In this document: piece by piece, positions 18,365-28,513 of the stretch
Numbering within the stretch: the first letter of the stretch is position 1
Layout of the letters: each line of letters opens with the position of its first letter
Source: Candidatus Levyibacteriota bacterium
GTDB taxonomy: Bacteria > Patescibacteriota > Microgenomatia > Levybacterales > UBA12049
Direction of reading: 5' to 3'
DNA: 64,000 nt
Assembly: GCA_963716145.1 (NCBI GenBank)
Contig: OY970292.1
Location: 746,169 to 810,168 of the forward strand
Notes under the pieces: model-generated
The model's input: only the letters and a program-made list of their open reading frames with translations
Told to the model about the DNA's origin: nothing
The model's database searches: none
Translations under genes and position numbers: made by a program

Positions 18365-18802
18365 TTAGTTATTTTTTAAAAGTTCTTCTTGTTCCCGGTC
18401 AAGATCTTTTTTCTTGATTGCTTGCCGCTTCTCAAATTTCTTTTTTGATTTACCCAACGCTATCTCAAGCTTGATTAATCTATTGGAAGTATACCACGAA
18501 ACAGGCACGATTGTCAAGTCCGCGCCCTCGATTTTGGACTTTATGGAGATGATTTCCTTCTTATGCATCAGCAGTTTGCGGGTGCGCCCGGGGTCATAAT
18601 TTTCAGGTCTGCCAAACTCATATGGGAAGATCTTGGAATTGATCAAATAGGCCTCACTTCCGACAATTTTGACAAAACTGCCTGTCAGATCAGCATGACC
18701 AAGCCTGATAGCCTTGACTTCCGAACCCAAAAGATTTATCCCGGCCTCAAATTTCTCCCGCACTTCAAAATCAAAATACGCCTTTTTATTTGTAATTTTC
18801 AT
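18365..18802 (-). CDS. smpB: SsrA-binding protein
   Basis: NKKAYFDF, FEAGINLLGSEVKAIR, RTRKLLMHKKEI. Confidence 0.97.
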   Translation of the reverse strand: MKITNKKAYFDFEVREKFEAGINLLGSEVKAIRLGHADLTGSFVKIVGSEAYLINSKIFPYEFGRPENYDPGRTRKLLMHKKEIISIKSKIEGADLTIVPVSWYTSNRLIKLEIALGKSKKKFEKRQAIKKKDLDREQEELLKNN

Positions 18803-18858
18803 ACCTACATAATACTACGCATCAAGCAAATTTACAAAAAGCTCTTGATACCTTTAAT

Positions 18859-19554
18859 TTATTGTCCGTGGGCGAGGATCAGGCCATAAACCTTTTCTAC
18901 TCCCCCTTTTTTCAGCACTTTCGCGGCTTCTTTCAGAGTCGCGCCTGATGTAACAACATCATCAACCAGAAAAACCTGCCCATAATTCCTAATTTCTGAT
19001 TCATAATTCCTAATCCTAAAAGCCCCTTTGATATTCTCCTCCCTCTCTTCTTTCTTAAGACCCACTTGCGTTTTGGTATCCCTGATTCTTTCAAGACAAT
19101 CCAACACCTGGATATTTAATCTTTTACCCAGGCCTTTTGCCAGAATTTGCGATTGATTGTATCCACGCTTTCGCATTTTAGATTTGTACAGTGGGATTGG
19201 AATTAAAACCGACTCACTGACCAGTACTTTATGTAGCGCTTCTTTCTGAATAATTCCTTCATAAAATAAATCATCTAAAACAGTCTTCAAATCCGTAAGA
19301 TTTGGATTGTATTTGAATTTATAGACAAGTTTTTTAACTACGCCCTTGTAAACTAAACTTGAGAAAACTCCATCGGGTGTATATTTGCCGCGGCAGACAG
19401 GATGAGTCAATCCTCCGATTGATGCTCTCTGGCAGACTATACAAACGCCACTATCATGAAATGCGATATAGGAAAAACAATTGGTACAAATATATGAGCC
19501 TATTTTGCCGCAATTTACACAGCGCTTGGGAAAAATAAAGTCAAGGATAGACAC
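18859..19554 (-). CDS. comF: ComF family protein (zinc ribbon plus PRTase), GTG start
   Basis: FPKRCVNCG...CTNC, KRGYNQS, LVDDVVTSGATL. Confidence 0.92.
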   Translation of the reverse strand: MSILDFIFPKRCVNCGKIGSYICTNCFSYIAFHDSGVCIVCQRASIGGLTHPVCRGKYTPDGVFSSLVYKGVVKKLVYKFKYNPNLTDLKTVLDDLFYEGIIQKEALHKVLVSESVLIPIPLYKSKMRKRGYNQSQILAKGLGKRLNIQVLDCLERIRDTKTQVGLKKEEREENIKGAFRIRNYESEIRNYGQVFLVDDVVTSGATLKEAAKVLKKGGVEKVYGLILAHGQ

Positions 19555-19585
19555 ATAAAAAGTGTAGCAGAAAGAGGCTAAGGAA

Positions 19586-19594
19586 TGGTATAAT
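19586..19594 (+). promoter_or_regulatory. Extended -10 promoter of tRNA-Ser(GCT)
   Basis: TGGTATAAT 8 nt upstream of the tRNA. Confidence 0.65.
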
Positions 19595-19602
19595 GGCTCT
19601 CT

Positions 19603-19690
19603 GGAGGGATGTCTGAGTGGTTTAAGGTAACTCCTTGCTAAGGAGTCGTGGGGGTAAACCCTACCGCAGGTTCGAATCCTGTTCCCTCCG
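19603..19690 (+). tRNA. tRNA-Ser(GCT), CCA not encoded
   Basis: Acceptor GGAGGGA/TCCCTCC-G, anticodon arm ACTCC-TTGCTAA-GGAGT, long variable arm, GGTTCGAATCC. Confidence 0.96.
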
Positions 19691-19746
19691 CTTCAAATTA
19701 CAATTCATATATATAAATTGCTATTAGTTTTTGCTAACATTAGATT

Positions 19747-20187
19747 ATGGAAAAAGATCAACCATTTTTAGAAAAATGGATTCTGCCGAGATTTGATATT
19801 GACGGCTTAAATACTGTTGAATGGGGCGAATGGACTTCTGGTATCTGGGAAACAGCGTTTATTCAAGTTAAGATCAATGGTATCCAGTACATTCTTGCCC
19901 AAGACTCATCAGGACAAGTCTTCCCAAGAGGAGAGCCAAAAGATTGGCTACGTAAGTATCTCTTTGAAATTGAACTACGGGAGAGAAGGAAACTACCTTT
20001 CCAGCCCACAGATGCAGTAAGAACAAGGCGGGAAACAACGATTGGTAATTATTCAACCAATTACGGCGTAAAATTAACTGATGAGGATTTATTTCCACTT
20101 GAATATAATGCTCAACCAAACAGAAAAAAGAAATTTAAAAATTATGAAAGTCCTTACATGGATTGGTTTATGTTATTTAAGCAGTAG
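19747..20187 (+). CDS. Hypothetical protein between two tRNA-Ser genes
   Basis: 146-aa ORF filling the interval; no motif recognised. Confidence 0.55.
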   Translation: MEKDQPFLEKWILPRFDIDGLNTVEWGEWTSGIWETAFIQVKINGIQYILAQDSSGQVFPRGEPKDWLRKYLFEIELRERRKLPFQPTDAVRTRRETTIGNYSTNYGVKLTDEDLFPLEYNAQPNRKKKFKNYESPYMDWFMLFKQ

Positions 20188-20293
20188 CTTACTATAGCTA
20201 TTCTTTATGCAGAAGTCGTCCTCAGGCTTGTAAACTCATATTTTAACCGCAATCCTGCTATAATTAGCGTGTAAAATTCCCTAGGAATTTTAT

Positions 20294-20378
20294 GGAGGAG
20301 TCGCATAGTGGTCTAGTGCAGCGGTTTACTAAACCGCCATACCGCAAGGTATCGGGAGTCCGAATCTCCCCTCCTCCG
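20294..20378 (+). tRNA. tRNA-Ser(ACT), rare A34 anticodon, CCA not encoded
   Basis: Acceptor GGAGGAG/CTCCTCC-G, anticodon arm GCGGT-TTACTAA-ACCGC, variable arm ATACC-GCAA-GGTAT, T-arm GGGAG-TCCGAAT-CTCCC. Confidence 0.9.
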
Positions 20379-20418
20379 CTCTTATATTAATAATCCTCTT
20401 TCTGCTACACTAATTAAA

Positions 20419-21432
20419 ATGCTCAACTGGATTAAAAGACACAAGCTTCTTATACTTCTTCTCATAATTGTATACACCTACTACTTTATCGCTTATTACC
20501 AACCTCGCCACACAGCAATTAACCAACAGCAAGTTCAGGGCGTCAAAACAAACATCTCTCTTATCATTGAGCCGGAGGATGACCGCACGCTGCTGGACGC
20601 GATCTACAGCGCCACTCGTGAGATCCATGTGGTTGTTTATCTGCTTTCCGATAAAGAAATCATCGATGCTCTAATTGCCAAAGACGCGGAGGGGCTTGAT
20701 GTAAAAGTAATGCTTGAGGAGCACACATTTGGAGGGGCGGGGCTCAATAAAAAATCAAGAAAAGTGCTTGCTGACGGAGGTGTTGAGGTGACATGGTCAA
20801 ATCCTGTTTTTGCCCTAACCCATCAAAAAACCATAATCATAGATGACACCCACGTTTTTATATTAAATCAGAATCTAACCGCGTCAGCATTTGACAAAAA
20901 CAGAGAGTTTAATATCGCTGACTATAACTTACAAGACACATTGGAAATTGAAAAGATGTTTGAGGCGGATTGGGACAGAACATCCTTCACTCCGGCTGAA
21001 TCTAATCTGGTCATAAGTCCTTACAATTCACGTGCCAAATTGTCTACCCTTTTGAATGATGCTGTGGACGAAATTGATATTGAGGCTGAGGTGCTAACTG
21101 ACAAAGATATAATTAATCTTTTGAAAAATAAAGCCAAAACTGCCAAAATAATGGTAATTATTCCAAGCTTTTCAAAAATTTCAGCCAATGAAAAATCAGC
21201 CAGGGAGCTTGAGGATTCAGGTGTCGACGTGAGAACTATTTCCTCCCCTTACATCCACGCCAAACTATTGGTGACAGATGACGCAAAAGCATATGTCGGG
21301 TCAATCAATTTTACAACTCAAAGCATGGATGAGAACCGTGAGCTTGGAATCATCCTCTCAGAAACTGAAGTTATCCAAAGATTAACTGAAAGCTTTGACT
21401 CTGATTGGGAGAAAGCAGTCGACTATCAGTAG
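20419..21432 (+). CDS. Phospholipase D family protein (two HKD motifs)
   Basis: HQKTIIID and HAKLLVTD...GSINF...NRELG; N-terminal TM. Confidence 0.92.
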   Translation: MLNWIKRHKLLILLLIIVYTYYFIAYYQPRHTAINQQQVQGVKTNISLIIEPEDDRTLLDAIYSATREIHVVVYLLSDKEIIDALIAKDAEGLDVKVMLEEHTFGGAGLNKKSRKVLADGGVEVTWSNPVFALTHQKTIIIDDTHVFILNQNLTASAFDKNREFNIADYNLQDTLEIEKMFEADWDRTSFTPAESNLVISPYNSRAKLSTLLNDAVDEIDIEAEVLTDKDIINLLKNKAKTAKIMVIIPSFSKISANEKSARELEDSGVDVRTISSPYIHAKLLVTDDAKAYVGSINFTTQSMDENRELGIILSETEVIQRLTESFDSDWEKAVDYQ

Positions 21433-21433
21433 C

Positions 21434-22024
21434 TTACTTAAACTCAACACCCACTGGGAGTTCGAACATGGAGTTATCCGGAGTCCAGGGTTTGCATTTG
21501 AAATCCATTTTTGCCCTGAACTGCTCTCCCTGCTGAATTTGCTGAGGAGTCAGATCTTTCGACATCGCATTCATCTTTTCCTTGTCAAACTTGAATCCCA
21601 TTGTCGTTTCACCGACTTTAACCCAGCTATAAGCAGTCTCATCCTTATAAATTGCGCTTGCCTCCATGCTCATGCCAGATGTATTTCCCGACATCATACT
21701 TCTCCCCTTACTGCCGGTTGTATAAAGCTTACCTGTGCCAAATGGATTTGGGGCTTCCCCACTGCTGGGCAATACAAAATCGCATTCTAAATTCTGTCCT
21801 TTTCTAACAATATCAGTATATGTACCGCTAATATCGCCTGTTGGGACTGCCTCTTTGGTCATTGCGTCTGTTGAATGCTCTGTTGCTGTTGAAGGGGTTG
21901 TTGAAGTTGAAGAAGGAGAACGCCTCATCATGACAAATGCCCCTACGCCAATAAGAAATACAGCCGCGATAATTATAATTAGCACTCCCGAAACTCCTTT
22001 TTGATTAAACAAGCTCTTTTTCAT
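21434..22024 (-). CDS. Hypothetical exported protein with a pilin-like N-terminal leader
   Basis: NQKG followed by hydrophobic VSGVLIIIIAAV; two Cys; tail CKPWTPDNSMFELP. Confidence 0.65.
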   Translation of the reverse strand: MKKSLFNQKGVSGVLIIIIAAVFLIGVGAFVMMRRSPSSTSTTPSTATEHSTDAMTKEAVPTGDISGTYTDIVRKGQNLECDFVLPSSGEAPNPFGTGKLYTTGSKGRSMMSGNTSGMSMEASAIYKDETAYSWVKVGETTMGFKFDKEKMNAMSKDLTPQQIQQGEQFRAKMDFKCKPWTPDNSMFELPVGVEFK

Positions 22025-22095
22025 ATAATTACCCAGATAATATCATATTTTTTGAAAAAATTGCAACAGGTAATTTTTTGTACTAAAATAGTTTT

Positions 22096-22677
22096 ATGAA
22101 CTCAGGAATCAGATACTGGATCCCGCTTGCTGTGACCATCACAGCGCTTTGCGGATTAATTTATTTAAGCGGGCAGCAAAACCTGAGAATGGGCGCGAAT
22201 GATCCCCAAATACAAATGTCTGAGGATATTGCAACTCGTCTTAGCATAAATCCCACCCTTCCAAATCTCACTTCATCAAATAAAATAGATATTTCAAAAA
22301 GCCTCAGTCCTTTCATAATTATCTACAACGACAAAAACAAGCCCGTTCTCTCAACCGCCCAGCTTGATGGAAACACACCCCTCCTCCCACCCGGCGTTCT
22401 TGCCAATGCCAGCAACAATAGACAAAACAGGGTCACCTGGGAACCAAAAAAGGGCGTCAGAAGTGCTGCTGTCATAACCAGATACAGTGGTAGTAAGGGT
22501 TCAGGATATGTGCTTGTTGGCCGCTCTCTTCGGGAAGTTGAAATACGTGAAGATACGTTACTAAAAATTGTCGGGCTTGCCTGGATCGTTACACTTATTG
22601 CCTCCCTAATCGCCAAGGTAATTTTTATCCCAAAACAAAAGAAGAATCCTTCGACTAAGCTCAGGACAAAAAAATGA
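22096..22677 (+). CDS. Hypothetical 2-TM protein with an extracytoplasmic domain
   Basis: N- and C-terminal TMs; RVTWEP and VGRSLREVE; its C-terminus includes a repeat hairpin. Confidence 0.7.
   Translation: MNSGIRYWIPLAVTITALCGLIYLSGQQNLRMGANDPQIQMSEDIATRLSINPTLPNLTSSNKIDISKSLSPFIIIYNDKNKPVLSTAQLDGNTPLLPPGVLANASNNRQNRVTWEPKKGVRSAAVITRYSGSKGSGYVLVGRSLREVEIREDTLLKIVGLAWIVTLIASLIAKVIFIPKQKKNPSTKLRTKK
22647..22666 (+). repeat. TCCTTCGACTAAGCTCAGGA hairpin (dispersed family)
   Basis: Same family as 4300-4319, 31025-31043 and 53183-53201. Confidence 0.7.
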
Positions 22678-23009
22678 AAATACTAATAAATTGGTTAGTC
22701 AGCGCTCTTGTTATCTTAACCGCATCTTATATTCTACCGGGTGTACATATTGCAAATTTCACAGCCGCGCTTGTAACAGCGGTTGTTTTGGGAATTATTA
22801 ATGCTCTCATCAAACCTATATTTCTCATTTTGACACTTCCTATAACAATTATCACTTTAGGGTTATTTACCCTTGTTATAAATGCTCTTATGATTCTTTT
22901 GGCAAGTTCAATTGTGCCGGGTTTTAAAGTAGACGGATTTTGGTGGGCGTTTATTTTCAGTATAGTTTTATCATTAATCAATTCTTTTGTTAATACTTTT
23001 AATGATTAA
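22674..23009 (+). CDS. YvlD-like 4-TM membrane protein (phage holin family 4)
   Basis: LGIINALIKPIFLILTLPITIITLGLFTLVINA...VPGFKVDGFWWA. Confidence 0.9.
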   Translation: MKILINWLVSALVILTASYILPGVHIANFTAALVTAVVLGIINALIKPIFLILTLPITIITLGLFTLVINALMILLASSIVPGFKVDGFWWAFIFSIVLSLINSFVNTFND

Positions 23010-24252
23010 AAAGCCGCAAAGTATTCAGGCAATCTACCTGTATTTGGTACTAGGAAACACGCTGGCAGCATCATTTATCTGGGGAATTAATACAATTTTC
23101 CTACTCAATGCTGGCTTAAGTAATTTCCAGGCCTTTCTTGCCAATGCTTTTTTTACGGTAGGGCAGGTTTTGTTTGAGGTGCCAACAGGTGTAATAGCTG
23201 ATACTTACGGTAGGCGTACTTCATATCTCTTAGGCTGCATCACTCTTTCTCTTTCAACAGTACTCTATTTACTTATGTGGATGATTCATGGGCCTTTTTG
23301 GGGATGGGCAGTATCCTCAGTTCTTCTGGGACTGGGTTTTACCTTTTTCTCAGGGGCTCTTGAAGCTTGGCTGGTTGACGCGCTTAAAGCAACTAATTTT
23401 AAAGGAAGCCTTGAAAGTGTATTTGCAAAAGGTCAGATGGTAGGAGGTGGAGCAATGCTGACAGGCTCAATAGCCGGAGGCCTAATAGCCCAATTCAGCA
23501 ATCTTGGTGTTCCATATATTTTAAGAACCGCTGTTCTAATGATCAATTTTGCCACAGCCTTTTTTCTGATGCGCGACTTGGGATTCACTGCCAAAAAACC
23601 AAAAAATCCGCTAATGGAAATGAAAAAAATTCTAACTCACTCTATAAATCATGGCTTGAAAAAGGCACCGGTCAGATGGGTTATGCTTGCCGGTCCTTTT
23701 GCGGCAGGAGTTGGGTTTTATGTATTTTATGCTCTGCAACCGTTCCTGCTCAAATTATACGGCAATGAGAAAGCTTACTGGATTGCAGGACTGATCGCGG
23801 CTCTTGTTGCATCTGCGCAAATCGTAGGCGGTATTACTGCTCCCTATTTAAGAAAAGTGTTCAAAAAAAGAACCAGCGCGCTTATACTGGGTACTTTAAT
23901 GACGACTATTCTTCTTTTCTTAGTATCCCTTGCAAGTAACTTTTGGGTCGTACTCCTACTAATTTTTCTCTGGGGGCTTATTTTTGCAGCCATTATGCCA
24001 ATCCGTCAGGCTTACCTCAATGGCTTAATCCCCTCTGAGCAAAGAGCAACAGTACTTTCCTTTGACTCTATGCTTGGCTCAACTGGCGGTGCTGTAATTC
24101 AACCTCTTTTAGGTAAAGCCGCTGATGTTTGGAATTACTCAACCTCTTATCTGATAGCCTCAATAATCCAGGCAGGTGCCATACCTTTTATTTATCTAGC
24201 CAAACGGGAAAACGCAAAATCGGATGCTATTGAAAAGAAAAAAACTGATTAA
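23002..24252 (+). CDS. MFS transporter
   Basis: [33 protein letters not shown]; about 12 TM. Confidence 0.92.
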   Translation: MIKKPQSIQAIYLYLVLGNTLAASFIWGINTIFLLNAGLSNFQAFLANAFFTVGQVLFEVPTGVIADTYGRRTSYLLGCITLSLSTVLYLLMWMIHGPFWGWAVSSVLLGLGFTFFSGALEAWLVDALKATNFKGSLESVFAKGQMVGGGAMLTGSIAGGLIAQFSNLGVPYILRTAVLMINFATAFFLMRDLGFTAKKPKNPLMEMKKILTHSINHGLKKAPVRWVMLAGPFAAGVGFYVFYALQPFLLKLYGNEKAYWIAGLIAALVASAQIVGGITAPYLRKVFKKRTSALILGTLMTTILLFLVSLASNFWVVLLLIFLWGLIFAAIMPIRQAYLNGLIPSEQRATVLSFDSMLGSTGGAVIQPLLGKAADVWNYSTSYLIASIIQAGAIPFIYLAKRENAKSDAIEKKKTD

Positions 24253-25334
24253 ACCAAGTAATCGCGAAGTTTGTTGCCACGGCTTGGGTGGCGGAGTTTG
24301 CGAAGAGCTTTTGCTTCAATCTGTCTTATTCTTTCACGTGTGACCTGAAACATCCGTCCTACCTCTTCCAAAGTCTTTGGACGTCCGTCGTCCAATCCGA
24401 ATCTTTCTTTCAAAACCCTTCTTTCTCTGTCTGATAAGGTTCCCAGTACTTGATCGACCTGCTCTTTCAAAAGTTCACGAGATGCACTGTCAAAAAGAGT
24501 AGGCGCACTGGAATCACTAATAAAATCGCCTAATCTTGAATCTTCTTCGTCCCCAACCGGTGCTTCAAGGGATGCCGGGTTTTGCGAGATTTTGATGATC
24601 TCAAGCGCTTTATCAGGCTCAATTCCTAGAACTTTTGCAACCTCCTCAGGTGTTGGTTCGCGACCCAATTCTTGCATCAGCTTTCTTTGACTTCTTAAAA
24701 ACCGATTGATATTCTCAACCATGTGAACCGGAATACGGATTGTGCGGGCCTGGTCTGCAATAGCGCGGGTTACACTTTGTCTAATCCACCATGTTGCATA
24801 TGTACTAAACTTGTAGCCCCGTCTCCAGTCGTATTTCTCAACCGCTCGGATCAATCCCTGATTTCCTTCCTGAATAAGATCAAGAAGTGTTAGACCACGA
24901 CCAATGTATTTCTTGGCAATAGAAACGACCAGACGCAAATTGGAGTTTATTAGCTTTTTCTTAGCAGCTGCTTCGCTCTTTTCAACTCTTTTGGCCAAAT
25001 CAATTTCCTGATCAAAAGTCAAAAGAGGAATTCTTCCAATCTCTTTAAGATACATGCGTACAGGATCAGAAACTGATCCTTCTGTCAGAACTGTAAGTGC
25101 TTCAAGCTCTTTTGCGAGATCTTCAATAGGTTTTTGCGCGTCAGCCTGCTGAACAACAGACTCAAACACATCAACATTTTTCTGCATGAGCTTGTCATAA
25201 AGACTGTCAAGTTCTTCTATATGATCTTCAGGCTTAGCATAAATTGCCAGAATTTCGTCCTGAGTGATATAGCCGCGCTTTTTGGCTTGAGTTACAACTT
25301 CGGATATGACTGGGGGTAGCTTCTGCGATGGCAT
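24249..25334 (-). CDS. rpoD: Primary sigma factor
   Basis: [54 protein letters not shown]. Confidence 0.98.
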   Translation of the reverse strand: MPSQKLPPVISEVVTQAKKRGYITQDEILAIYAKPEDHIEELDSLYDKLMQKNVDVFESVVQQADAQKPIEDLAKELEALTVLTEGSVSDPVRMYLKEIGRIPLLTFDQEIDLAKRVEKSEAAAKKKLINSNLRLVVSIAKKYIGRGLTLLDLIQEGNQGLIRAVEKYDWRRGYKFSTYATWWIRQSVTRAIADQARTIRIPVHMVENINRFLRSQRKLMQELGREPTPEEVAKVLGIEPDKALEIIKISQNPASLEAPVGDEEDSRLGDFISDSSAPTLFDSASRELLKEQVDQVLGTLSDRERRVLKERFGLDDGRPKTLEEVGRMFQVTRERIRQIEAKALRKLRHPSRGNKLRDYLV

Positions 25335-25373
25335 AGGGTTCTATTTTAACACATTTTGCCCTTATTTGGAAGA

Positions 25374-27149
25374 TTAAAGATGGGACGCAAGGTCTGAGTA
25401 CTGTTTTTGCAGTTCTTCCAAATCTTTCTTAGGCGCACCGGATTCAGCAGAGGCGGCCTCGCCCTGCTTTATCTCCTCAGCCAGCTTTTTCATCTTTTCC
25501 TGAATATAGACTATTTTCAATTTCTGAGCTGCTTTCTGGACTTCTTTAAGCAGATGCTCCTCGTCCTCAAACTGAGGGAGAGGGAAAAGGGCACTTGTGT
25601 CAAATGCCGGAATCAGCTCAGTTGGAAGCTGGCCTGCAAATTTCTTACCGTCGAAATGCTCAGTATTCTCAAAGTGCAAAAGCAAGTGGTCCATAATTTT
25701 GTGGTAGGCCCGTTCTTTGGACATAGAATCAGACAAAATTGCAACCGCTTTTTGAATTGCGGTTTTTGGCTTTTCACTCTGAACAATCAAAGCGAGCAGA
25801 TATTCCTCAAGTATCTCTTCTTTTGAACGCTTTGCTTTGGCAATATCAGTTGTTTTGGGTTTGGTTTCCTTACGGACCAAGCGGTCTATTTCTTTGGAAA
25901 TACTTTCATACGAGGTATCAAGTGCATCCGCGATCTTTTTGAGATAGTGCTCTTTTATAATTTCGTTACTGATTTGAGCGACAAAAGGCAGCATCAAGTC
26001 AGCAACTTTTTTCTTTCCCTCAGCTGTATTTGTATCCTCAGCTGCGAGCGATTTTGTCAGCAGATAATCATAGACTGCTATATCTTCATTTACAGCTTTT
26101 TTAAAAAGTGCCGGGTTTTCTTTGAGAGCTTCGTCGGGATCTGTTCCCCCAGGTACCTCAATCACGGTTGGCGATAAACCTTTTTTCTCAACAACTACCA
26201 AGCTTCTCTTTATCGCCTCCTGGCCTGCTTTGTCCCCATCAAAACAAAAAGTAATCTTCTGCGTGAATCTTGCCAGTAAATTTACTTGGGATTCAGTCAG
26301 GGCAGTTCCTTTAACAGCGATCACCTGGGCAACGCCGTTTTGGAAACACGACAACACATCAAATTCCCCTTCAACTATTATCGCTTGTCCCTCACGCCGT
26401 ATCGCGTCTTTGGTGACATTCAGTCCGTAAATTTGATCTCCTTTGTGATAGATAAGCGTCTCACGTGTATTTATATATTTTGAAGTTGTATCAGAGTTAT
26501 CCAGAATCCGCCCTGCAAATCCAACCACATTGTCCCTATGATCTATGAGCGGGAACATCAACCTACCTCTGAAAAAATCCACAACATCGCGGCCTCTCTG
26601 ATATGCCAAACCTGCATCAATCACTTCTTCTTTATCAAATTTCTTTTTTCCGATTAAATATTTGACTAAACTATCGCCAGTCGGTGGGGAAAAACCCAGT
26701 TTAAATGTCTCAATCACTTTTGGATCAATTCCCCGGTTTTTTAGGTAACTAAGTGCTTTTTTCCCAGCCGAGTGCTTGGTCACCACATAATGATAATACT
26801 CTTTTGCCAGAGAATTAATCTGATATAAACGCTCTTTTTTCGATGACTCACCGCTTGAATAATTTTGGGAAACCAGCTCCACCCCGGCCCGCTTTGCCAA
26901 GATACGAAGAGCTTCAGGAAAATCCACCCTCTCATAATCCATCAGGAATTGATATACATCCCCGCCCTTATTGCACCCTCCAAAACAGTGCCAGATCTGC
27001 CGTTCAGGCGAGATAACAAATGAAGGGGTTTTCTCGCTGTGGAACGGGCATAATGCTTTGAAATTGCGCCCTGCCTTTTTGAGAGTCATGTATTCTGAAA
27101 GAAGAGCGACAATATCTATTTTTTCCCGTATTTGAGCAACCTGATCCAT
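25374..27149 (-). CDS. dnaG: DNA primase
   Basis: CHC2 finger CPFHSEKTPSF...HCFGGC, KYIN, TOPRIM VEGEFD and FDGDKAG. Confidence 0.98.
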   Translation of the reverse strand: MDQVAQIREKIDIVALLSEYMTLKKAGRNFKALCPFHSEKTPSFVISPERQIWHCFGGCNKGGDVYQFLMDYERVDFPEALRILAKRAGVELVSQNYSSGESSKKERLYQINSLAKEYYHYVVTKHSAGKKALSYLKNRGIDPKVIETFKLGFSPPTGDSLVKYLIGKKKFDKEEVIDAGLAYQRGRDVVDFFRGRLMFPLIDHRDNVVGFAGRILDNSDTTSKYINTRETLIYHKGDQIYGLNVTKDAIRREGQAIIVEGEFDVLSCFQNGVAQVIAVKGTALTESQVNLLARFTQKITFCFDGDKAGQEAIKRSLVVVEKKGLSPTVIEVPGGTDPDEALKENPALFKKAVNEDIAVYDYLLTKSLAAEDTNTAEGKKKVADLMLPFVAQISNEIIKEHYLKKIADALDTSYESISKEIDRLVRKETKPKTTDIAKAKRSKEEILEEYLLALIVQSEKPKTAIQKAVAILSDSMSKERAYHKIMDHLLLHFENTEHFDGKKFAGQLPTELIPAFDTSALFPLPQFEDEEHLLKEVQKAAQKLKIVYIQEKMKKLAEEIKQGEAASAESGAPKKDLEELQKQYSDLASHL

Positions 27150-27201
27150 TTGGGGCTATTGTATACCACGCGAGCTAAGATTTGCAATTGTGTTTGAAAA
27201 A

Positions 27202-27948
27202 CTATGCAGCAAAAGAAACGCGATTTCCGACTTCTACTCTCCGTCCTGCTGTAACGGATCCATATCTTGCTGGTTTTGCTCCCAAAAATTCAGGGACAAT
27301 TGGATTCAGCTTAAGGTGAGTATAATAGGCACCAGATTGTGGCCCGTCAGGAATTTTATAGACATTTTTGGAAAGACGCAATGACGGTGCGTGATCGTGA
27401 TCAACATCGCCCACCTGTGAACCCGGAAGAAGAAGAAATCGACGATCTAAAATACCTCGGTCTTTCACGTATAACCCTAAACCGTCAAATATCGTTCCTG
27501 CTCTTTCGTCAGGAGCTAAACTTGCCCGAACCTCAGCTGGGGTTAATCCCAAAGTTGCACTGCCGTCACTAACCCAAGTTGCATATGTCCGTGGCGTGAC
27601 GAACCCCGATGGATCCCTTTCCCAATCTCTGGTTAAATCTGGTCCCCAATTATCAGCCCGAATACCCACAATATCATGCATTCGGGCTATAGTCAGTCCT
27701 CTTTCCGGGTCCGCTGTTTGCACGATCACAGGTATGTCAAATCTTCCCCTATATCCTTCTGGCTGAGCAAAAAAATGGGGCAGCCCATCCATATATTCTT
27801 GCCTTTCCATGCCAAGCGGTTCGGCGTAAAGATCAGCTAGCGTGTTTGCATCGACCTCCCAAATCCGATCAAGATCAGTAGCCGTTGGAGCTTCCGAGGT
27901 AAATATAGCGGCTTGTTGATCAGGTTTATCCTGCTCTCCTCTTGCCAT
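27202..27948 (-). CDS. Hypothetical protein (weak DUF5701-like resemblance)
   Basis: 248-aa ORF; DGSATLGLTP...GTIFDGLGLY...LLPGS. Confidence 0.55.
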   Translation of the reverse strand: MARGEQDKPDQQAAIFTSEAPTATDLDRIWEVDANTLADLYAEPLGMERQEYMDGLPHFFAQPEGYRGRFDIPVIVQTADPERGLTIARMHDIVGIRADNWGPDLTRDWERDPSGFVTPRTYATWVSDGSATLGLTPAEVRASLAPDERAGTIFDGLGLYVKDRGILDRRFLLLPGSQVGDVDHDHAPSLRLSKNVYKIPDGPQSGAYYTHLKLNPIVPEFLGAKPARYGSVTAGRRVEVGNRVSFAA

Positions 27949-28048
27949 AAGGGAATGTTATCATCGTAAAAGTTATCTGTCAATAAACCGATTGAGATTG
28001 TTAATAAAACATATCGCTAAATTCAAAAAAGTGCTAAAATAGGCGGAC

Positions 28049-28513
28049 ATGACTAAACTTTCATCAGACATAACAATTGAACAGTTGACTGCGTTTTCCA
28101 CAGAAGACGCGGAGGCGATAAGGCAGCTTGTTGCCCAACTCGGTTCAACTTTTCATCCTTTAACTGATACTGATCTTAAGGGTATGCTTTCCTCCCCTAC
28201 TCTCCACCTTTTTACAGCACGTGATTCAAAAACAAACCAGATTATAGGCATGGGGACGCTGGCTATTTACCGTATTCCATATCTCAAGAAAGCTTATCTT
28301 GATGACTTTATTATTTCCGATGAATATCAGGGCCAGGGAATAGGATCAATGCTTATGGAATCTGTGATTGAAAAAGCGAAAATCGAAGGAGTAGCGTATA
28401 TGGAATTTACCTCCAATCCCACTCGTGTTGGAGCCAATAACTTTTATCAAAAAATGGGATTTGAGAAGCGGGAGACCAATGTTTACAGACTGACCTTTGA
28501 TCATGCAGAATAA
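28049..28513 (+). CDS. GNAT family N-acetyltransferase
   Basis: Motif A EYQGQGIGSMLM; ANNFYQKMGF. Confidence 0.92.
   Translation: MTKLSSDITIEQLTAFSTEDAEAIRQLVAQLGSTFHPLTDTDLKGMLSSPTLHLFTARDSKTNQIIGMGTLAIYRIPYLKKAYLDDFIISDEYQGQGIGSMLMESVIEKAKIEGVAYMEFTSNPTRVGANNFYQKMGFEKRETNVYRLTFDHAE

Noticed and set aside
22674-23009. Prophage suggested by a holin-family gene
   Set aside because: YvlD-like proteins are common chromosomal genes, and no phage genes are nearby.
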